Assembly: GCA_049719805.1 (NCBI GenBank)
Contig: JBNARF010000002.1
Location: 342,628-406,627, forward strand
From: Candidatus Hydrothermia bacterium
Lineage (GTDB): Bacteria; Hydrothermota; Hydrothermia; UBA1063
Length of the DNA: 64,000 bases
Reading direction: 5' to 3'
Both the position numbers and the translations under genes were made by a program. Below, in pieces: positions 28,507-37,975 of this stretch (the stretch's first letter is position 1; each line of letters starts with the position of its first letter). The notes below the pieces were generated by a model. That model was not told the origin of the DNA. It did no database searches and was given only the letters and a program-made list of their open reading frames with translations.

Positions 28507-29285
28507 GAATGGGAATTATTGGTTGTGGGGCTATTGGGAGTTTCATAGCCCGGGAAATAGATGAAGGGCAAGTGGAAAATGTGGAGCTTGTGGCTCTCTT
28601 TGATATAGATTTGGCTAAAGCTAAGGAGCTTGCCAGTAATTTAAAAAAGGAAGTCAGAATCTGCAAAGACTTCGAAGATTTTTTGAATACACCCATTGAT
28701 TTAGTTCTCGAGGCTGCTTCCCAGGAAGCTGTTAAGTCCCATGCTTTTAAAATAATTGAATCAGGTAGAGATCTGATTGTTATGAGCGCGGGAGCACTGG
28801 CTGACGATGATTTCCGGGAGAAGCTCTTCGCATTTGTTAGAAGGACTTCAAGAAAATTATACGTTCCTTCTGGTGCTGTAGCAGGGCTTGATGGTCTAAA
28901 GGCTTTTTCCAATGTGAAAATATATAAAGCGAGCCTTGTTACACGAAAACCCCCGTCCGGTATTGGTGCTGGAGGGGATGTACCGGTTGTCCTTTTTGAA
29001 GGCCCAGCGAAGGAAGCTGCAAAGAAATTTCCACAAAATATCAATGTTGCTATTGCGCTTGGTCTTGCAGGAGATATGCTTGAGAAATTGACGGTCAAGA
29101 TATTGAGTGACCCGGGAGTTACTGTTAACGAGCATCATATCGAGGTGGAATCAGAAGCTGGAGAGTTGAAAGTAATTCTAAGAAACAGACCTTTCCCTCA
29201 TAATCCCCGAACCAGCTTCCTCGCTGCTCTTTCGTGCCTTGAAATGGTAAAAAATATAGGAAGAAATATTATTATAGGGGGATAA
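28503..29285 (+). CDS. nadX: L-aspartate dehydrogenase
   Basis: MRMGIIGCGAIG Rossmann N-terminus, SAGAL, PSGAVAGLDGLKA, NVAIALGLAG. ATGA overlap with nadC, the arrangement known from Thermotoga-type NAD synthesis. Confidence 0.85.
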   Translation: MRMGIIGCGAIGSFIAREIDEGQVENVELVALFDIDLAKAKELASNLKKEVRICKDFEDFLNTPIDLVLEAASQEAVKSHAFKIIESGRDLIVMSAGALADDDFREKLFAFVRRTSRKLYVPSGAVAGLDGLKAFSNVKIYKASLVTRKPPSGIGAGGDVPVVLFEGPAKEAAKKFPQNINVAIALGLAGDMLEKLTVKILSDPGVTVNEHHIEVESEAGELKVILRNRPFPHNPRTSFLAALSCLEMVKNIGRNIIIGG

Positions 29286-29289
29286 AAGG

Positions 29290-30711
29290 ATGAAATCTCT
29301 TGCTGAAAGTATTGTAGATCTTCTAAAGTTGAAAAGGGTTGATTACGGAGATGTTAGGGTAGTCCGGATAGAAGAGGAGTTTATTAACGTTAGAAATGGC
29401 CTTGTTGAAAATATTGTTAGAACCCATAATGAAGGTATAGGAGTCCGGGTTTTAATTGAGGGGGTCTGGGGTTTTTCCTCCGTTAGCGACCTTTCTATCA
29501 AGGCTGCACAGGAGGCGGTGGAAAAGGCTGTGAAAATAGCAACTTCAATAAACAGGCTTGCGAGAACAGTAGAGCTTACGAAAGAAGATGTGTATGTCGA
29601 CAGCTATGTAAGTTCATTTCAAAAGGACCCTTTTAAGATCAATCTTGACGACAAAATAAACTTGTTATTGAAGGTTGATGAGTCTTTGAAGAAGCGACTT
29701 GTAAAGAAGAGGTACTCCAGTCTTGAGTTCAGAGATTTCAGGCAAATTTTTGCTTCCACAGATGGAAGTGTAATCGATCAAAGATTTGTTGATTCTGGCG
29801 CATTCATCAAGGTAGTTGCCATCAAAGATGATGAAGTACAGGAGAGGTCTTTTACAAATGTAATGAGGAAAGGATACGAATTTATTGAAGAGCTAAATTT
29901 GCCTGAAATTTCTCAAAAATTATCCGAAGAAGCAGTAGCTCTACTAAAGGCTCCTCTTTGCCCCGAGGGAGAGATGGACCTAATACTTATGCCCGATCAA
30001 ATGGCACTTCAGATTCATGAATCCATAGGACATGCTCTCGAGCTGGATAGAGTTCTCGGCTTTGAGGCTTCTTACGCTGGCACGAGCTTTGCAGCACTTG
30101 ATAAGCTAAATACATTTAAATACGGTTCTGAACTTTTGAATGTAGTACAGGATTCAACTATTCCCCATGGCCTTGGAACTTTCGGGTACGACGATGAAGG
30201 TGTAAAGGCTCAAAAAGTTTATCTGATAAAAAATGGTATTCTTACCGGATACCTTTCTTCTCGAGAGACTGCTCACTACATAGGCAGGAAAAGCTCAGGA
30301 GCTGCCAGAGCTCAGGATTGGTCCAGGATTCCAATAGTTAGAATGACCAATATAAATCTTGTGCCAGGGGAAAACACCCTGGAGGAGATGATACAGAGCA
30401 CAAAAAAGGGGCTTCTTCTTAAGACCAACAAGTCATGGTCCATTGATGATAAAAGGCTAAATTTCCAATTTGGAACAGAGATAGGTTATCTCATTGAAAA
30501 TGGGAAGATTGTTAGCGTGGTTAAAAATCCATCTTATACCGGTATTACCCCAATTTTCTGGAATAACCTTGAGATGGTGGGGGGTGATAAGGAATTTGAA
30601 CTTTATGGTTTGACAAATTGCGGGAAAGGGGAACCGGGTCAGTCCATGAGGGTTGGTCATGGAAGTCCGCCTTGTAAGTTTAGAAAAGTTAAAGTTTTGC
30701 CATCAAAATGA
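29290..30711 (+). CDS. tldD: TldD-family metalloprotease
   Basis: 473 aa with HESIGHALELD (HExxxH) and the C-terminal GxC...G motif region typical of TldD/PmbA. Confidence 0.85.
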   Translation: MKSLAESIVDLLKLKRVDYGDVRVVRIEEEFINVRNGLVENIVRTHNEGIGVRVLIEGVWGFSSVSDLSIKAAQEAVEKAVKIATSINRLARTVELTKEDVYVDSYVSSFQKDPFKINLDDKINLLLKVDESLKKRLVKKRYSSLEFRDFRQIFASTDGSVIDQRFVDSGAFIKVVAIKDDEVQERSFTNVMRKGYEFIEELNLPEISQKLSEEAVALLKAPLCPEGEMDLILMPDQMALQIHESIGHALELDRVLGFEASYAGTSFAALDKLNTFKYGSELLNVVQDSTIPHGLGTFGYDDEGVKAQKVYLIKNGILTGYLSSRETAHYIGRKSSGAARAQDWSRIPIVRMTNINLVPGENTLEEMIQSTKKGLLLKTNKSWSIDDKRLNFQFGTEIGYLIENGKIVSVVKNPSYTGITPIFWNNLEMVGGDKEFELYGLTNCGKGEPGQSMRVGHGSPPCKFRKVKVLPSK

Positions 30712-31670
30712 AGCGACTTATATCCTTTATTGTTCTGTTCATTCTTCTCTGTTTTGGTTGTGGAAAAAAGACGAGTTATGTAACGAAAACTTATACTGTG
30801 ATGGGTACCGTATTGAACGTTACCCTTCCCGAGAAAGATATCTTCTACGCTGACTCGGTTTTTTACATATTTAAGCTTATTGACTCCTTAATGAATCCTA
30901 TCAAAGAAGGTTCGGACATTTTTAAAATTAACCATTCTGATACATTTGTTGAGGTCCACCCCTTTACGTATGAGTGTATTGAAAAATCCTTAGAAGTCGC
31001 CAGGGTCACCGAAGGAGCTTTTGATATCACTGTGGGTGTGCTGGTTCATCTTTGGCACTTCGATGAGTATGGTAAGTATGTGTTTCCGGATGAAGATTCC
31101 ATTGAAAAGTATCGAAGATTTGTGAACTGGCGTGAGATAACCCTTAGAAATGGGAAAATAAAATTGGCGAAAAATCAGCAAATTACTGTGGCAGGAATTG
31201 CAAAAGGGTATGCCATAGAGAGGGCAGCCGATTTTCTCAAGAATAAAGGGGTTTCTTCCGGAATAATTGATGCCGGCGGTGATTTATATCTTATTGGAAA
31301 AAAATGGGGTGAAAGCTGGAAAGTAGGGGTTAGGGATCCCTTTACTAAAGGGATAAATAGAATTCTTGCTCTTTCAGACGTTTCTTGCTGTACATCCGGT
31401 GATTATGAGAGATATGTGGAACAAAATGGGAAGAGATACAGTCACATATTCTCCCCCTTTGATGGATATCCTGTTTCCAATGGTGTGAGAAGCGTAACGG
31501 TGATTTATAAAGATGCCACATACGCTGATGCTTTTGCTACGGCCCTTTTTGTGATGGGTCCGGACAAGGCTCCGGAGTTAAGAGAAAAAGTGAAGGGTCT
31601 TGAATACATGATAATAACCGATGACACCACGTTTTATTCAGAGGGATTTTCTAAATATTTAGTTCCTTAA
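30708..31670 (+). CDS. apbE: FAD:protein FMN transferase (ApbE), lipoprotein
   Basis: Lipobox LLCFGCG, FDITVG, AGIAKGYAIERAADFL, IDAGGDL, SGDYER, HIFSP and DAFATALFVMG motifs. Confidence 0.85.
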   Translation: MKRLISFIVLFILLCFGCGKKTSYVTKTYTVMGTVLNVTLPEKDIFYADSVFYIFKLIDSLMNPIKEGSDIFKINHSDTFVEVHPFTYECIEKSLEVARVTEGAFDITVGVLVHLWHFDEYGKYVFPDEDSIEKYRRFVNWREITLRNGKIKLAKNQQITVAGIAKGYAIERAADFLKNKGVSSGIIDAGGDLYLIGKKWGESWKVGVRDPFTKGINRILALSDVSCCTSGDYERYVEQNGKRYSHIFSPFDGYPVSNGVRSVTVIYKDATYADAFATALFVMGPDKAPELREKVKGLEYMIITDDTTFYSEGFSKYLVP

Positions 31671-32220
31671 GAAATTTCCTTGCTTCTTCTGGCCCAATTT
31701 CATAAATATCGTTACCGTATATATCAATCCCAACGATTAATGGAAAATCTTCTACAATCAGCCTGTAAATAGCTTCGGGTCCAAGTTCAGGGAATGCAAC
31801 AAGCTCCGATGATTTTATCTTCGTGGAAAGGAGGGCACCTGCGCCTCCCGTGGCTATGAAATATACGCCCTTATACTTAATTAATGCTTCCTTAACGTCA
31901 TTACTTCTTTTCCCCTTCCCTATAAAGCCTTTAACCCCGTTGGAAAGTAGAAGGGGCACATATGGGTCCATTCTTGTTGAGGTAGTAGGTCCTGCCGAAC
32001 CAATTACTCTTCCAGGAGGTGCTGGAGTTGGTCCACAGTAGTAAATAATTGAGCCTTCCAGGGGAAAAAGATCAAAGATTTTACTCTCCAGTAATTCTTT
32101 AAGTTTTTTGTGGGCTGCGTCTCTGGCTGTGTATATTTCGCCTGTAAGCAGAACAGAATCACCTGCTCTAAGTATTTCCAGGTCCTTTTCCTTTAAGGGA
32201 GTACATATTTTGTGTTCCAT
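31651..32220 (-). CDS. class I (Fe-S) fumarate/tartrate hydro-lyase, beta subunit
   Basis: 189 aa. GDSVLLTGEIYTARDAAHKK, GPTTSTRMD and GKGKRS motifs of the FumA C-terminal / TtdB family. Confidence 0.8.
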   Translation of the reverse strand: MEHKICTPLKEKDLEILRAGDSVLLTGEIYTARDAAHKKLKELLESKIFDLFPLEGSIIYYCGPTPAPPGRVIGSAGPTTSTRMDPYVPLLLSNGVKGFIGKGKRSNDVKEALIKYKGVYFIATGGAGALLSTKIKSSELVAFPELGPEAIYRLIVEDFPLIVGIDIYGNDIYEIGPEEARKFLKELNI

Positions 32221-32228
32221 ATTTTTAA

Positions 32229-32256
32229 ATTGTAATCTTAGTAACTAATTTTTCAA
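32229..32256 (-). promoter_or_regulatory. candidate promoter giving a leaderless fumarase-beta mRNA
   Basis: On the minus strand, TTGAAA (32256-32251), 16 nt, TACAAT (32234-32229), 8 nt, ATG 32220. Confidence 0.35.
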
Positions 32257-32263
32257 AAATCTC

Positions 32264-32293
32264 TTAAAATATTCATCGAATTTTCCTTAAAAT
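32264..32293 (+). promoter_or_regulatory. candidate promoter giving a leaderless LytR_C-gene mRNA
   Basis: TTAAAA (32264-32269), 18 nt, TAAAAT (32288-32293), 6 nt, ATG 32300. Confidence 0.3.
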
Positions 32294-32299
32294 TTTAGT

Positions 32300-34191
<1,892 letters not shown>

Positions 34192-34196
34192 TTAAA

Positions 34197-34268
34197 CTGG
34201 GGGACAGGGATTCGAACCCCGACCGGCGGATCCAGAGTCCGCTGTCCTGCCAGTTAGACGATCCCCCA
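34197..34268 (-). tRNA. tRNA-Gln (anticodon CTG), CCA not encoded
   Basis: The minus strand reads TGGGGGATCGTCTAACTGGCAGGACAGCGGACTCTGGATCCGCCGGTCGGGGTTCGAATCCCTGTCCCCCAG. It folds as a cloverleaf with anticodon loop CTCTGGA and T-loop TTCGAAT. Confidence 0.9.
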
Positions 34269-34269
34269 G

Positions 34270-34347
34270 TGGTAGCGCCACCGGGATTTGAACCCGGGTC
34301 TCCTGGCTGAGAACCAGGTGTCCTGAGCCGGACTAGACGATGGCGCC
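34270..34347 (-). tRNA. tRNA-Glu (anticodon CTC), CCA encoded
   Basis: The minus strand reads GGCGCCATCGTCTAGTCCGGCTCAGGACACCTGGTTCTCAGCCAGGAGACCCGGGTTCAAATCCCGGTGGCGCTACCA. Anticodon loop TTCTCAG and a Glu-type D-arm. Confidence 0.9.
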
Positions 34348-34419
34348 ACTTTTTAAAGTAGATATATATTATAGGCTTTTTGCCGGAAATACAAGTTGAA
34401 ACGCCTTGAAACAAAGTGT

Positions 34420-34448
34420 TTGTTTTTGACTTCTATAGGGTTTATAAT
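34420..34448 (+). promoter_or_regulatory. candidate promoter giving a leaderless GAF/HD-GYP mRNA
   Basis: TTGTTT (34420-34425), 17 nt, TATAAT (34443-34448), 7 nt, ATG 34456. Confidence 0.4.
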
Positions 34449-34455
34449 TTTTTAA

Positions 34456-36207
34456 ATGCTAGATTTTGAAGGAAATATTTATAGTCTCCTTAAAAGCTGG
34501 GGTTTAAAAGTTGCTAAAGTTTACTTTATCCATAAAATTCAGCTTTCTGAGTTTACAGAAGAAATACTAAAAGCCGGATCTAAAAGCCACATAATATTAC
34601 AAAGAAATAATTCAGTATATTTTGTTCGATGGCCAAACATCATCGTTTTTGAAGAGTGCGGTGAGCCTGAAAGGGTTAAGGAGTGGGCGGAGGCTCATAC
34701 TTCGTTTTTAAATTTTCTACTGGATTTAATGACCGGGCGTTACAGTCTCGATAGTATGACAGACTTCATAAGACTTCTCTCTGATATCAGGGATTACTAT
34801 CAAGTTTATGGCCTAATTGTGGAGAAAATTTGTCATCTTACTTCTTCAACGATTGGAGCTCTTACTGTTTATGACAAAAATTTGAATATGTTATTTGGTA
34901 AAGGTTCAGGATATGTTAATCGTGAATTGCATGGTGATGTTGACGTAGAACACACATTTGTTTTTCATCTCACTCCTGAAACCGCTGCAAGTAAAGCATT
35001 GGAGATGAGAGATTTGATAGTTATTAACAATACTTCCTTAGAGGAAAGGATATTAAAAAAGTTCGTCGAATACTATAAAGTGGATAGAGTAATAGTTGCA
35101 CCACTTTTTGTTGAATCAGAACTGTTTGGCGTTATTTATCTGGGTAGATTTTTAGGCTATCCTGAATACCAGCAGGAAGAAATTAAAATCCTAAGAATGC
35201 TCCTCCCCTATCTTACTTCAGTGGTAAGACTCCTAAAATACCAGGAGGATTCAATAAGGAAGCTCAAAGCATTACTTTTCGTTAAGACAATTTCTGAAGA
35301 TATTCTTTCCGAGACGAATATTTACAAAATATTAGACATTGCAAGGGACTATATATTGGAGCTTCTAAAATTTGAAGAATTTGCATTTATTAGTATTGAA
35401 GGTGATGAGTATAAAGTTATTTATTCTCACAATTTTCATTCTTCGCAATTGGAAGCATTGATAGATGGGGCTGGTTGTATAAGTAAAGTTTTAAATAAGG
35501 CGAACAATGAGGACGAAGAGATTACCTTTGAGTGTTTAGAACAAGAGGTGATGGAAAAGATGGGTTATAAATCTCTGTTGGCTGCACCTATAAAAATTGA
35601 CAGTCAGTTCTCCTTTGTTTTAATTCTTGGGTCTAAAATAAGGGGTACTTTAGAAAAGGGGGATTCGGATTTTCTTAGAGTCGTTATAAATTCCATAGGA
35701 GTTGCATTAAAAAATCTTTCACTTTATCAAAAAAGTTTAGAAACGCTGGATAAGGTTATAGAAATGCTCTCCCAGTTGGAAAGTAAAAAAGATTACTTCA
35801 CTGCTAACCATTCTAAGGAGGTTGCTGAGTTTGCTCTGAAGATTTCAAAGGAGTTAATGTTGCCCGAGGAAGAAATGAAAAACATATATGTTGCGGGTCT
35901 TTTACATGACCTGGGTAAAGTTGTGGTGGAAAAGGCAGTGCTACTGAAAAAGTCTGCTTTAAATGAAGATGAATGGAAGGAGATTAAGTCGCATCCCCAT
36001 TGGGGGCGGGAGATTCTCGAAAATATTCCCGGGCTCAGCGCTGTGGCTAATTATGTGGAGACTCATCATGAGAAGTTCGACGGGAGTGGTTACCCTTTTG
36101 GCCTAAAAGCAGAAGAAATTCCTCTTGGAGGGAGGATTCTTTGTATTGCCGATGCAGTAGTCACTATGCTTTCAGATAGGCCTTATAGAAAGGCATTGAC
36201 CAGATAA
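34456..36207 (+). CDS. GAF-domain / HD-GYP c-di-GMP phosphodiesterase, prematurely terminated by an in-frame TAA
   Basis: The C-terminal part has HSKEV, LLHDLGK, HPHWG and HHEKFDGSGYPFGL (HD and GYP motifs). The upstream ~430 aa look like GAF-type sensor repeats. The ORF stops at RPYRKALTR*. Confidence 0.8.
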   Translation: MLDFEGNIYSLLKSWGLKVAKVYFIHKIQLSEFTEEILKAGSKSHIILQRNNSVYFVRWPNIIVFEECGEPERVKEWAEAHTSFLNFLLDLMTGRYSLDSMTDFIRLLSDIRDYYQVYGLIVEKICHLTSSTIGALTVYDKNLNMLFGKGSGYVNRELHGDVDVEHTFVFHLTPETAASKALEMRDLIVINNTSLEERILKKFVEYYKVDRVIVAPLFVESELFGVIYLGRFLGYPEYQQEEIKILRMLLPYLTSVVRLLKYQEDSIRKLKALLFVKTISEDILSETNIYKILDIARDYILELLKFEEFAFISIEGDEYKVIYSHNFHSSQLEALIDGAGCISKVLNKANNEDEEITFECLEQEVMEKMGYKSLLAAPIKIDSQFSFVLILGSKIRGTLEKGDSDFLRVVINSIGVALKNLSLYQKSLETLDKVIEMLSQLESKKDYFTANHSKEVAEFALKISKELMLPEEEMKNIYVAGLLHDLGKVVVEKAVLLKKSALNEDEWKEIKSHPHWGREILENIPGLSAVANYVETHHEKFDGSGYPFGLKAEEIPLGGRILCIADAVVTMLSDRPYRKALTR

Positions 36208-36315
36208 GAAGTAATCTTCGAATTAATTAAAGAAAAAGGTCGGCAATTTGATCCTCAGCTTGTGGACATCGTTATAAAAATTCTTGAAAGAGAATCTGAA
36301 GCTTTTTTAAATTAA
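36208..36315 (+). other. in-frame continuation encoding the missing conserved HD-GYP C-terminus
   Basis: The codons directly after TAA 36205-36207, in the same frame, read EVIFELIKEKGRQFDPQLVDIVIKILERESEAFLN* (stop 36313-36315). G.QFDP is the usual end of HD-GYP domains. Confidence 0.7.
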
Positions 36316-36333
36316 AATTCAACGTGGTTTTAT

Positions 36334-37356
36334 CTATTTCAGTAACTTTTTAATATCCTCTACGACTTCTTTGAGAGGAGGACAATCAAAAAATCTTCTA
36401 CCTGTTACCTCGTTGGCATAACTTTTGTATAGGTTGCTTACGGTCCTTTTCCAATCTTCGGGCAAACTGGGTGGATAGATGGATACTTTTTCCTTCCAGT
36501 GAATTTTATCTTCCTTTTTTACTTTTTCCACTTCTTTGTACCATGACGTTTCTCGATAGTAGATCCTTAGAATTTCCTTGCTCATAGGTATTCCATCGTA
36601 GGTAAATCTACATTCATCTAGGGTTCCAAGAACGTCTACAATCATGATATTTCGGTTTTCGTCAAGAGCAAATTCAAATTTACCATCCTCATTCACAAAA
36701 CCAAGCTTGCTGACGATATCGGTTAATATATTGTTGAGCTTAAATGCTATCTCCTTCAGCAAGTTAAACTCGCCATCATATAAGCCACTTATTTTACGGG
36801 CTTCGCTTTCCGTTATGTATCGATCGGTGGTTTCAAGTCTTGTTGAAAAATCTAATAATGGTTGAGAAAGCTTTGTATTGGGTTCGGGAATGGATGAAAG
36901 GCCGTAATCCTCTGGTTTGGCATCTCCTGAACGTAAACGCTTTAATAGTGAGGAGCCTTCGGGGATGGTGTTACGGTAAATAACTTCAAGGGGTATCAAA
37001 AAGTTTCCATTTAAATCTCTAAAAGCCGAGTAATCATAATTACTGTTTTTCAACTCGGGTCTTATTACTCGGACCATGCGAAATTCCATTTCGTTTGAAG
37101 GGCTTGAGACTTCAGCCAGTACCTTGGGTACTCCATCTTCAACGATTCCAATATAGTGATGACTTATTCCAAATTTATTTAAGGTCTCAAAAAAGTAGGC
37201 CGCTGCAATGCAGATGGCTTTTCCCTTGTCTTCGATATGATCTGGCATCTCCCCCCAGTCGAAAACTGAATACCTGTCCGAGAAGATGAATCGTCCAATA
37301 CCAGGTTTTTGTGGTTCTGGCTCCCTGATCACTTTTAGGTCCTTAACGCTGCCCAT
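36334..37356 (-). CDS. purC: phosphoribosylaminoimidazole-succinocarboxamide (SAICAR) synthase, long form
   Basis: GSVKDL, FSDRYSVFDWG, LIPLEVIYRN, DFSTRLETTDR and MIVDVLGTLDECRF motifs. Overlaps purE by 14 nt. Confidence 0.88.
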   Translation of the reverse strand: MGSVKDLKVIREPEPQKPGIGRFIFSDRYSVFDWGEMPDHIEDKGKAICIAAAYFFETLNKFGISHHYIGIVEDGVPKVLAEVSSPSNEMEFRMVRVIRPELKNSNYDYSAFRDLNGNFLIPLEVIYRNTIPEGSSLLKRLRSGDAKPEDYGLSSIPEPNTKLSQPLLDFSTRLETTDRYITESEARKISGLYDGEFNLLKEIAFKLNNILTDIVSKLGFVNEDGKFEFALDENRNIMIVDVLGTLDECRFTYDGIPMSKEILRIYYRETSWYKEVEKVKKEDKIHWKEKVSIYPPSLPEDWKRTVSNLYKSYANEVTGRRFFDCPPLKEVVEDIKKLLK

Positions 37357-37819
37357 CTAAAACCTCCTGATCCGCTTTTTCAATTTCTTCTTTAAGTGAA
37401 TTTTGATATTTTTCAATGAGATTAGTAACCTCTGGATATTTGAGAGCTATTATTTTGGCTGCAGCCAGTGCTGCTTGCTCAGGTTCAAGAACCACAAGGG
37501 GAGCAACACCTTTCGGCATCCTTAAGGAAGAGTATATATCCGCACCACAAAATTTATCGGAGTAGGGCGGACATGCAATAACCGGCTTTGTGGTATGGGC
37601 ATCTACAAAACCACTAAGTGCATTACTTCTTCCTGCCACGGTTATAATTACATCAACGTTTTGATACTCTTTTAAAATATCTAGAACCTTTAAAGGCACC
37701 TTATGAGCAGAAGCAATTCTTAATATGACGTCGATACCAAATTTTTGGAGGTCTTTTTTTATTTCCTCTGAAAAAGGGAGATCACTCTTTGATCCCATTA
37801 ATACGAGGACCTGGGGCAT
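37343..37819 (-). CDS. purE: AIR carboxylase / N5-CAIR mutase catalytic subunit
   Basis: VLVLMGSKSDL, ASAHKVP and VAGRSNALSG motifs. GAGGAGG SD. Confidence 0.92.
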   Translation of the reverse strand: MPQVLVLMGSKSDLPFSEEIKKDLQKFGIDVILRIASAHKVPLKVLDILKEYQNVDVIITVAGRSNALSGFVDAHTTKPVIACPPYSDKFCGADIYSSLRMPKGVAPLVVLEPEQAALAAAKIIALKYPEVTNLIEKYQNSLKEEIEKADQEVLDGQR

Positions 37820-37864
37820 GATACCTCCTCTGTTTAATAAGAAATCCTATATATATATTTATAG

Positions 37865-37937
37865 TGGGCCGTGCAGGACTCGAACCTGCGGCCACCGGAT
37901 TAAAAATCCGGTGCTCTACCTCCTGAGCTAACGGCCC
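37865..37937 (-). tRNA. tRNA-Lys (anticodon TTT), CCA not encoded
   Basis: The minus strand reads GGGCCGTTAGCTCAGGAGGTAGAGCACCGGATTTTTAATCCGGTGGCCGCAGGTTCGAGTCCTGCACGGCCCA. Anticodon loop TTTTTAA. Confidence 0.9.
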
Positions 37938-37975
37938 TTAGACGATTTTTAGTATAAAGGATTTTGGATGGCGAT

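Noticed and set aside
28439-29098. 219-aa minus-strand ORF, and an 80-aa ORF at 28896
   Set aside because: Antisense to nadX, which has a Rossmann N-terminus and an ATGA coupling to nadC. No motifs and no SD.
34426-34448. TTGACT at 34426-34431 as the -35 for the HD-GYP promoter
   Set aside because: It lies only 11 nt from the TATAAT, too close for a sigma70-type promoter. The overlapping TTGTTT at a 17-nt spacing is the geometrically valid -35.
36205-36207. TAA reassignment (alternative genetic code) as the explanation for the in-frame stop in the HD-GYP gene
   Set aside because: TAA terminates many well-defined genes in this window at their expected ends (for example rplF, rplQ-adjacent genes, and polA at 49243-49245). 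A global recoding is therefore not supported, and a local nonsense change or an error is more likely.
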